The position numbers and the translations under genes were made by a program. Shown in pieces: positions 53,794 to 64,000 of a stretch of 64,000 bases of DNA. A model generated the notes under the pieces. It was given only the letters and a program-made list of their open reading frames with translations. It searched no databases and was not told the DNA's origin. The stretch is from Octopus vulgaris (lineage: Eukaryota). The stretch covers positions 69,750,001 through 69,814,000 of the forward strand of contig OX597826.1 of NCBI GenBank assembly GCA_951406725.2, given 5' to 3'. The stretch's first letter is position 1; each line of letters starts with the position of its first letter.

Positions 53794-54191
53794 GCGAGCT
53801 GGCAGAAACGTTAGCACGCCAGGCGAAATGCTTAGCAGTATTTCGTCTACCGTTACGTTCTGAGTTCAAATTCCGCCGAGGTCGACTTTGCCTTTCATCC
53901 TTTCGGGGTCGATTAATTAAGTACCAGTTATGCACTTGGGTCAATATAATCGACTTAATCCGTTTGTCCTTGTATGTCCTCTCTGTGTTTAGCCCCTTGT
54001 GGGTAGTAAAGAAATAGGTATTTCGTCTGCCGCTACGTTCTGAGTTCGAAATCCGCCGAGGTCGACTTTCCCTTACATCCTTTCGGGGTCAATTAAATAA
54101 GTACCACATATGCAGTGGGGTCGATGTAATCGACTTAATCCCTTTATGTGTCCCCTCTGTGGTGTTTAGCCTCCTGTGGGCAATTAAGGAA
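53794..54191 (+). mobile_element. SINE family B dimer
   Basis: Head at 53794; second unit starts at 54017 after GAAATA. Confidence 0.88.
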
Positions 54192-54765
54192 TCTATATAC
54201 GTACGCATGCATACATATGTGTATATATGTATTTGTACGTATTTATATGTATGCATGCATGTATATATCTGCGCGTGTGTGTGTGTGTGTGTTTGTCTCG
54301 GGGTATACGTAAGTATGTAGGTATGTATGCATGTGTGTACATATATACATATGAATGTGTAAATGTAGGCGTGTGTAAGTATACATTTGTATCTATTTAT
54401 AGGCATCACATATAAACATATACATAGACCTACTCTTTCTCTCTTTCTCTCTCTCACATACACACACACACACACATATACCGGAACGTCATCACCATCT
54501 AGCAGGCAGATACCCAAACACGTATATACGCCGTTCCGCATCAATTAAGCAAATGCCAAAATCTAGCATCAGATGAGTAAGAAGGAGAGAGACAAGAACC
54601 ACAGGGAAAGAATTCGAGAAAAGAAGGAAAACAACCAACCTAATAAAAACCCCATTGATTTATTGTTTCCAGTGACTTATGTGAATTTCCAATTTCAGAA
54701 AACCGATAGTGATGAATAGTGGTGTGTGTGTGTTCGTGTGTGTGTGTCTGTGTGTGTGTGTTAGT

Positions 54766-54843
<78 letters not shown>

Positions 54844-54865
54844 GTGTGTGTGTGTGTGTGTTAGT

Positions 54866-54945
<80 letters not shown>

Positions 54946-55309
54946 TTTCGTGTGTGTGTGTGTTCGTGTGTGAAGGTGGATCCTTAATTTAATGTCGTGT
55001 CGAGATAATTAGAGATTCAGACCTCGCGAGTTTTAGTAGATATTTCGTTATTGATATGTTTCCGTTCTCGACTAATTGGTCATTTCTTGTTGCTGACCAG
55101 CATTACAGGCAGATGAGCAGGCAGTCAGGCAAGTCGTTCAGGCAGGCAGGCAGGCAGGCAGGGTGGATGCTGGCTGGCTGGCTGGTTGGCTGGTTGGTTG
55201 GCTTGCTGGCTGGCGAACACACAGGTAAGCTGGCTTCGATAAACCATAGCATGAAGCTTCCCATCGCTGTGTCATCTGAAGGTGACTCCGGGAACTCTGT
55301 TGTTGCTTT

Positions 55310-55501
55310 TCATGGTGATGGTGATGATGCTGATGATGGTGGTGGTGGTGGTGGTGGTGGTGGTGGTGGTGGTGGTGGTGGTGGTGGTGACGACGACGAC
55401 GACGATGTTCATGATGATGATGATGGTGTCAATGATGGCCTCTTTTTGTTGCACGAAACCACCGTAGCGGTGTCATCTGTAGGCGAACCGTAATACGTCA
55501 T

Positions 55502-55550
<49 letters not shown>

Positions 55551-55575
55551 CGATGACGACGACGACGACGATGAC

Positions 55576-55613
<38 letters not shown>

Positions 55614-56660
55614 CGATGACGACGACGACGACGATGACGATGATGATGATGATGATGATGATGACGATGACGACGATGATGATGATGATGATGATTATGA
55701 CGACGGCGATGATGATGATGACTGTGATTATGATTATGATTATGATGATGATGATGACGACGACGACGGCGATGATGATGATGATGATGCCTTTCATTTT
55801 AAAGACGTGAGAGTATGAGGGAAATGGGACTGCTATTTCTAGCAGTTTAACAACATAGAGTTAAGGCTTGAGGTTACTATCCTGCCAGTTGCCGTCGTCG
55901 TCGTCGTGGATGTTATTGTTTTTATTGTGTTTGTTGTTATTTATATGTTATTGTTTCTTTTGATGTTGTTGATGACCCTATTATTTCAGTTGAGAACTGT
56001 CGTTGGTAGTTGTTTTGGTGGTGGTGGTGGTGGTGGGGGCAGTGATGGTTGTAGTTATGGTGGTGGTGGTAGTGGTGGTGGTGGTGGTGGGAGTGGTGGT
56101 GGTAGTGGTGGTGGTGATGGTGGTGATGGTGGTAGTGGTGGTGGTGGTTGTAGTTATGGTGGTGGTGGTGGTGGTGGTGGTAGTGGTGGTGGTGGTGGTG
56201 GTGGTGGTGGTGGTAGTGGTGGTAGTGGTGGTGGTGGTGGTGGTAGTGGTGGTAGTGGTGGTGGTAGTGGTGGTAGAGGTCGTGGTGGTGATGGTTGTGG
56301 TGGTGGTGGTAGTGGTGGTGGTTGTTGTTGTGGTGGTGGTGGTGGTGGTGGTTGTAGTTGTGGTAGTGGTGGTAGAGGTGGTGGTGGTGATGGTTGTGAT
56401 GATGGTGGTGGTGGTGGTGGGTTGTGGTGGTAGTGGTGGTGGTTGTTGTGGTGGTGATGGCGGTCGTCGTCGTGGTGATTGTGTTACGGAGATAGTGGTG
56501 ATAGTGTCAGTGGTGTGATGGTGACGAGGTGGTGTTGGTATCGGTGTTGGAGGCGGCGTCGTCGGTGGTGGTCGTGGTCGTCGTCGTCGGTGGTGGTCGT
56601 GGTAGTCGTCGTAGTCGTAGTCGTCGTGGTGGCGGTGGCGGTGGCGGTGGGCGATGGTGT
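55310..56660. repeat. (GGT)n, (GAT/GAC)n and (GGT/AGT)n triplet tracts
   Basis: Direct reading. Confidence 0.9.
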
Positions 56661-57117
56661 TTGTTACCGCTTCTTCGGTTCCAGAATAGCATTTCATATG
56701 CAATTTGGTCGTGTTACATCGAGTTCACCGCGCTGATTTTCTTCTATATCAATTACCTGCGACAAGCTGTCCTTTTAAACAGGGTGGGTGGTATGTGATA
56801 GATTTCCCTATCACGAAACAGGAAGCCTAAGCACCGCACCTTTAACAAAAGACAAAATGAAAATCTCTAAATGTCACACTTCTCTTGATAAGTCGTTCAT
56901 ATTAAAGACGTTTGGATATGAGTGGAGCTTGGGTATTGACCGATTAGAGAAGCCAGCGGTGATACACTTGTCGCCAGTAGGTTAATTTAAATTATTCAAT
57001 GCTGTACCTGCATATTGAGGGATAAATACTGTTGAATGAGGCTTAAATTAGCCAAAGGAAATATGAGATATAACTTGATAGACAGACAGACAGATAGATA
57101 GATAGAGAGAGAGGGAG

Positions 57118-57150
<33 letters not shown>

Positions 57151-57173
57151 AACAGAGAGAAAGATACACGCAT

Positions 57174-57246
<73 letters not shown>

Positions 57247-57247
57247 C

Positions 57248-57334
<87 letters not shown>

Positions 57335-57340
<6 letters not shown>

Positions 57341-57760
57341 CAGACAGATAGATACATACATACATACATATATACGTACATACATTGATAGATAGATCGA
57401 TAGACAGACAAACAGACATATACATACATTGATAGACAGATAGATAGAAAGATAGATAGAAAGATAGATAGATAGACAGACAGATAGATACATACATACA
57501 TACATATATACGTACATACATTGATAGATAGATCGATAGACAGACAAACAGACATATACATACATTGATAGACAGATAGATAGAAAGATAGATAGAAAGA
57601 TAGATAGATAGACAGACAGATAGATACATACATACATACATATATACGTACATACATTGATAGATAGATCGATAGACAGACAAACAGACATATACATACA
57701 TTGATAGACAGATAGATAGAAAGATAGATAGAAAGATAGATAGATAGATACATACATACA
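57335..57760. repeat. 136-bp higher-order tandem repeat (x3) built from GATA/GACA/TACA units
   Basis: CGTACATACATTGATAGATAGATCGATAG at 57375, 57511 and 57647. Confidence 0.9.
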
Positions 57761-57996
57761 TACATACATACATACATACATGCATACATACATACATGCA
57801 TACATACAAACATATATGTGTGTGTATATGGGAATGCGTGTGTAATGCAATAAAATATTTATATACATACGCGCGCGTGAACCACACGCATGCGTACACC
57901 ACGCACACGCATACAAGAGCGTGCGCAAGTTGACAGAACTCACAATATAATTAGAACACAGTACATCAGTGTTTATGTGTGTGTTTGCTAACGTAT

Positions 57997-58060
<64 letters not shown>

Positions 58061-58211
58061 ATATGTCGATACAGCGAAGTCCGAATTAAAGTTGGAAATA
58101 GATATGTCAATGAGGTGAAAATCCGATTTCGTGTGAGAAGGGTTGTTTGTTGGTTTTTTTTCCCTTTTTATTGTGTTATTTTTGTTCGTTTTAGTTTTAC
58201 CGTTTTTCCAG

Positions 58212-58309
58212 ACGAAAAAATGCCAGTGTCCATGACCGCCTGGCCTCTCAGGGCATTCGGAATTAGTAAGGGTGGGAAGGAGGAAGATATCTTCAAACCG
58301 GAGACCTGA
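58212..58309 (+). CDS. Candidate host exon of unknown product
   Basis: Long T-rich tract ending TTTTTCCAG at 58211, followed by unique complex sequence; possible donor GTAAGG at 58266 (54-nt exon) or stop at 58309. Confidence 0.25.
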
Positions 58310-58673
58310 TCCGAATGCTTGCAACACAGTGGTTTCCCCAAAAGTACCCCAGGATAATTTGGCGTTGTTGAACTGAACAATGGATTAAGTCTAACACCCA
58401 AAATCTCAGAATGCAAAAGGGTCAGCCTAAATACCGCAAGGCACAAACACTGGACGCTCCTACATTTCTGCGAATCCAGGGACCCGGATCGGCATTTTAT
58501 TTTATTGACCTTCGATGAAAGAGTTTGTTTTGACAGGATTCGAACTTGGAGCTCAGAGATCGGCAACAAATACTGCAATGCAAACTGAAATATTTTTACA
58601 GGTCTTTCTTAGCGAAGAGTTGGTATACTTGAGTCTAGCAGTCGATATACACACACACACACGTGCGTATATG

Positions 58674-58726
<53 letters not shown>

Positions 58727-59401
58727 CTGTTTGTGTATGTATGTCTGTGACTGTTTTTGTGTGTGTATGAGTGTATGTGTGTCATAAAAATATGGTACAG
58801 CTAGTCGAGAATGAACATGGAAAAGCGGAAAAAACACACAGAACGGATACGGATATCCTCAACCCACATCAGTTATCGACCAAATATCATTACACTTTCG
58901 ACACCTTCCGATAATGTAGTTCAATTTGGCGGTATCAGCAACGTAAGCTGCTGGAGTTACAAATGAGCTGACATATAGACGAACCCGAACAAGAGATAAG
59001 ACCACTATAATAAAGACAACAAAAGAGGTCGCTAGACTGTGGTAAAAAGGACAAGTTATAAAGAGAACAGGAAAAGATATAAAACGAAACAAACAAATAA
59101 GCAAAGACATTAACAAAAAAATTTTTAGAAAATAAACAACCCAGAAATATAATCGTTTACATACAATGTCTTTTTACTATATAGTCTTTCTCCATTCATA
59201 CGTATCCCACCCTCGCTTCGCATCTTTCATGTGAATGACTCATCATTAACCCGGTATGACCGCAGACCAATGGCCGAAACAAGCAAAAGTACACACACAC
59301 ACACACACACACGTATGTATGAGTGTGTGTGGAGGGATTTGACTCACGATCGAGTGACATTTCTGAAAATCATTTCACTCTAAATAACACTTAACGTTTG
59401 T

Positions 59402-60001
59402 TATTTCTTTATTGCCCACAAGGAGCTAAACATAGAGGGGACAAACAAGGACAGACAAACGGATTAAGTTGATTACATCTACCCCAGTGCGAAACTGATA
59501 CTTAATTAATCGACCCCGAAAGGATCAAAGGCAAAGTCAACCTCGGCGGAATTTGAACTCAGAACGTAATATTGGACGAAATACCTATTTCTTTACTACC
59601 AACAAGGGGCTAAACACAGAGGGGACAGCCAAGGACAGACAAACTGATTAAGTCGATTATATCGACCCCAGTGCGTAACTGGTACTTATTAATCGACCTC
59701 GAAAGGATGAAAGGCAAAGTCGACCTCGACGGAATTTGAACTCAGAATGTAACCGCAGACGAAATACCTGTTTCTTTATTACCCACAAGGGGCTAAACAC
59801 AGAGAGGACAAACAAGGACAGACAAACTGATTAAGTCGATTATATCGACCCCAGTGCGTAACTGGTACTTAATTTATCGACCCCGAAAGGATGAAAGGCA
59901 AAGTCGACCTCGGCAGAATTTGAACTCAGAACGTAGCGGCAGACGAAATACCGCTTAGCATTTCTCCGGGCGTGCTAACGTTTCCGCCAGCTCGCCGCCT
60001 T
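59402..60001 (-). mobile_element. SINE family B trimer
   Basis: Junctions at 59578 and 59761; single head ending CTCGCCGCCTT. Confidence 0.9.
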
Positions 60002-60434
60002 CATATTTACCACCACTAATGATATCAACAACGACTATATATTACGTGACTATGCGAAAAATAATCTTGAGTTCAACATAGTCTCAGAAGATCAATACTC
60101 TCCGAAATTACTTGATATTCTGAGAAGCAAATCATGTTAAATATTTCATATTTTCGCTTTGTTTTTAGTTGTCATATTTGTTGTGCATTTTCCTCGTTTG
60201 TTAAATGTACATAGACATAGAACCATAGCACCCAATATCTGTTGTCATAGTGTGCTAATCAAATATCTCGCTCACGTGAACCCAGATTGTGCTGTCCAGC
60301 TCGTATGCGTCTAGAGAACCGACTACGGTCATAGGTCATTGTCTGCAATCAGTGCAATCATATAAAGTATTTATGTCACTAATCTCTTTCATTGGATATA
60401 CATACATACGTACACACACACTGCACACACACAC

Positions 60435-60498
<64 letters not shown>

Positions 60499-60528
60499 GC
60501 GTATATAAGTATATAAATATATATATAT

Positions 60529-60610
<82 letters not shown>

Positions 60611-60624
60611 ATATATAATAAAAT

Positions 60625-60683
<59 letters not shown>

Positions 60684-60786
60684 AAATTAATAATATCAGG
60701 GTAATAAAGATTTTAGAAAATTTTACTACCAGTGGCCTAGCGTATAGAAAGATTAGTCAATAGACTATATATTATTCATATAAAAA

Positions 60787-60943
60787 TACAGTGTACATTT
60801 AAACACATTAAGAGGTTTCCATCATTAGACTCCCTTACGCTAGAAGGAACAGCTAAAACAGTGGTTTGGATTTTAGCTGTTCTTTCTAGCGTAAGGGAGT
60901 CCTATGATGGAAACCTCTTAATGTGTTTAAACGTACACTGTAT
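60787..60943. mobile_element. Inverted pair of family P2 pseudo-LTR 3' ends (~72-bp arms, ~12-bp spacer)
   Basis: ATACAGTGTAC...GAACAGCTAAAA / TTTTAGCTGTTC...GTACACTGTAT; homologous to 17763-17847. Confidence 0.7.
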
Positions 60944-60974
<31 letters not shown>

Positions 60975-61108
60975 TATATATTAATAAAAGGAATTCCAGC
61001 CTTGTCTGATTTTCACGTTTTATTTACAATCTTATAATGATATAATATAAGATAATATAATATAATAAAATAAAATGAAATAATAGAATGTTAAATGTTC
61101 ATTCTGAT

Positions 61109-61153
61109 TGAACTAGTACTTTCATGCATTAAATTATGCAATCTTCAGGTTCA
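61109..61153 (-). ncRNA. Minimal type I hammerhead ribozyme motif (minus-strand copy)
   Basis: TGAAC-CTGAAGA-T-TGCAT-AATTTA-ATGCA-T-GAAA-GTAC-T-A-GTTCA. Confidence 0.7.
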
Positions 61154-61230
61154 TGTAGTAGTGGTGACAGTCATGCTTCACAATTTTTGACTGTCAAAAA
61201 TTGTGAAGCATGACTGTCACCACTACTACA

Positions 61231-61275
61231 TGAACCTGAAGATTGCAGAATTTAATGCATGAAAGTACTAGTTCA
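61231..61275 (+). ncRNA. Minimal type I hammerhead ribozyme motif
   Basis: Stem I TGAAC/GTTCA, core CTGAAGA...GAAA, stem II TGCA/TGCA, palindromic stem III AGTACT, CUA cleavage triplet ending at 61270. Confidence 0.7.
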
Positions 61276-61438
61276 ATCAGAATGAACATTTAACATTCTA
61301 TTATTTTATTTTATTTTATTATATTATATTATATTATATTATATCATTATAAGATTGTAAATAAAACGTGAAAATCAGACAAGGCTGGAATTCCTTTTAT
61401 TAATATATTCTTCTATACACAATCACACACACCCGTAC

Positions 61439-61532
<94 letters not shown>

Positions 61533-62289
61533 ATATATATATAACAATAATAATAAAGAGTATGAAAACTTATACGTTCACAGCATTTATTTTATAATTA
61601 TATACAGCATAGAGTTCACACACATACATACATACATACATACATACATACATACATACATACATACATACATACATACATACATACATACATACATACA
61701 TGCATAAGTACATACATACATTACTTATACTCACAAACAGAAGGACTGCAATTCGATCCCATGCAATTCGATCCTATGTCTTCTCTCACAAAATTGCAAA
61801 CTGTTGACGTCACAGAAAAAGGCTGAAGAGAAGTGTTCCCCATCACACACGCACGCACACCCTTCTATACACACGCTCGCACACATATACATGCATTCAT
61901 ACACTCACATACTCCCTTGTTCCTACTCTTTCTCGTTATATATATATACACACATTAATTTCACGTACACTCTATCTTAAGATTTCTCGCACTGTTTCAC
62001 TGTTTTTCTCTCCTCTTTTCTCACTCTCTCTCTCTGTATCTCACTCTCTCTCTCTGTATCTCCCTCTCTTCCTCTCCTTTGCTCTTTGTGCTTAATATCT
62101 CTTTCTCTCTCACATTCTTTTCTTCTCTTTCACTTTCTTTCTCGTTCATATTCTTTCTCACTATATTACTCAAGCTCTCTCTCTTTCGTCCTCCCTCCCT
62201 CCCTTCTCTCATCTTCCTCTCTCTTTCTCTTTCTCTCTCTTTCTCTCTTTCTCTTTCTCTCTCTTTCTCTCTCTCTCTTTCTCTCTCTT

Positions 62290-62321
<32 letters not shown>

Positions 62322-62760
62322 CTTTCTCTCTTTCTTCCCTTCTCTCACACACGCATAACACACACACACTCGCGTACAAGTTTTCTGTTCTCTATCGAGC
62401 ACTCTCTCTCTTTCTCTCCGTCTCTCTCTTTCTTTCTCTCATTAATCACTCTGATTAATTAACTAAATACCGATTGCTGATTGGTCAAGTAATCACATTC
62501 TTACATCAGTTATAATTAACGATCTGCCTCGAGGTTAACTAGTTGTTCAAATAGTCGCCCGTATATTTAGGGTTTGTTTTAAAGCAACGATCATCGAAAC
62601 TGTCTTTGGAGAATGATGGCAATGCTTAGGAATGGTGAGCAGAGGGAGGAGCAGGAAGAGAACACGGTGGGAAAGGAAGAGATATGATTAGCGTATGTAG
62701 GCATGAAGAGGTGGGGAGAGTGTGAGGAAGCAGAATATGGTTCAAGTAAGTATGGAGAAT

Positions 62761-63269
62761 GTGGAGGCGCGTGGCTTAGTGGTTAGGGTGTCAGAACCAT
62801 GATTGTAAGATTGTGGTTTCGATTCCTGGACCGGGTGACGCGTTGTGTTCTTGAGCAAAACACTTCATTTCACGTTGCTTCAGTCCACTCAGCTGGCAAA
62901 AGTGAGTAACGCTGCGATGGACTGGCGTCCCCTCCAGCTGGGGAACGCATACGCCATAGAAACCGGGAAACCGGGCCCATGAGCCTGGCTAGGCTTTAAA
63001 AGGGCGCAAGTGGAGGCGCATGGCTTAGTGGTTAGGGTGTCAGTATCATGATCGTAAGATTGTGGTTTCGATTCCTGGGCCGGGTGACGCGTTGTGTTCT
63101 TGAGCAAATCACTTCATTTCACGTTGCTCCAGTCCACTCAGCTGGCAAAAATGAGTAACGCTGCGATGGACTGGCGTCCTGTCCAGCTGAGGAACACATA
63201 CGCCATAGAAACCGGGAAACCGGGCCCATGAGCCTGGCTAGGCTTTTAAAGGGGCGCAAAGAAAAAATA
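62761..63269 (+). mobile_element. SINE family C head-to-tail dimer with one TSD pair
   Basis: Full units at 62761 and 63010; AAGTATGGAGAA at 62748-62759 and 63270-63281. Confidence 0.92.
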
Positions 63270-63397
63270 AAGTATGGAGAACGGAGAAACTAAGGAAGGC
63301 AGCTGGTGCAGAAATGGCTGGTGGGTGTATATGGGGAGCAAGGTGGAATATGGTAAAAAGTAACATCTAACAACAATAACCCATTCTGCTATACGTA

Positions 63398-63670
63398 CAA
63401 AGCCTAAGATTTTGAGGGGAGGGGATAGTCGATTTCATTGACCCCAGTACCTGACTGGTACTTTTTTTATTGAACCCGAAAGGATAAAAAGCAAAGTCGA
63501 TCTCGGTGGAATTTGAACTCACAATGTAAATGCTGCTAAGCATTTTTGTCCGACATGCTTAACGATTCTGCTAGCTTGTCGCCTTGACAAGTATCAACTT
63601 TTTAATATAGGGCCAAGGCCTGAAATTTTGAGGGATGGGGGACTACTTGCTTACATCGATCCCAGGGCTT
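63398..63670 (-). mobile_element. Older family-B-related SINE remnants
   Basis: CCCGAAAGGATAAAAAGCAAAGTCGATCTCGGTGGAATTTGAACTCA. Confidence 0.7.
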
Positions 63671-63707
63671 AACTGCAAGAATTTCCTTTATATCATATTG
63701 TGTCGTC

Positions 63708-63927
63708 ACTCTTTCGTTACCGTATTTCTCTTAAAATACGCTGCATTTGTTTCAATTAATTTTGAAGATAAAGAATTTAATAAGATAACTCTTGTCATTA
63801 ATAATCTATTTGGAACATGAGTTAAAATGAAATTTAGGTGAAAGATTTTAATTTATATCAATTTAAAGAGAAAGCTTGTATGATAGGACTTGGGGCGGTC
63901 TCAGGCGAATTGATATTAAATGGGTTA
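63708..63927 (+). mobile_element. AT-rich dispersed repeat ending GGGTTAA (possible piggyBac-type MITE)
   Basis: Homologous to 33113-33490; terminal GGG-TTAA; left end decayed. Confidence 0.35.
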
Positions 63928-64000
63928 AAAAGAAAACACAAATGATGGTGAGATCCTGGTTGAAATAGATTTGATCATATGTCTCCTTAATCCAAGCTGA

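Larger units (their letters stand above)
60976..61408. mobile_element. 433-bp near-perfect palindrome: inverted pair of Penelope-like pseudo-LTRs (family P4)
   Basis: 216-bp arms with a 1-nt centre at 61192 and only about 3 mismatches by eye; each arm has a hammerhead and a downstream AATAAA. Confidence 0.8.

Noticed and set aside
62761-62835. tRNA gene-like sequences (also 29639, 6145, 6979)
   Set aside because: They have A/B boxes but no proper cloverleaf or acceptor stem, and run into SINE bodies with TSDs

Overview
This is AT-rich eukaryotic non-coding DNA, dense in microsatellites, with no intact protein-coding gene. The SINE types and microsatellite load suggest an octopod cephalopod, but that is an inference. 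Nearly all ORFs in the track are microsatellite translation artefacts. The window holds at least five tRNA-headed SINE families with swappable tails, decayed CR1-, RTE- and R4/Dong-like LINEs, a fragmented mariner, a TA-flanked MITE and a non-autonomous Helitron. Three things stand out. First, several palindromes beside (TA)n tracts carry minimal type I hammerhead ribozyme motifs, consistent with Penelope-like pseudo-LTRs; the best is a 433-bp near-perfect palindrome at 60976-61408 with one hammerhead per strand. Second, one SINE family inserts as head-to-tail multimers joined at a recurring self-complementary GAAATA-GG-TATTTC junction. Third, there are several local templated or inverted copying events. 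Family assignments come from motif recognition by eye, not database searches, and boundaries of decayed elements are approximate.
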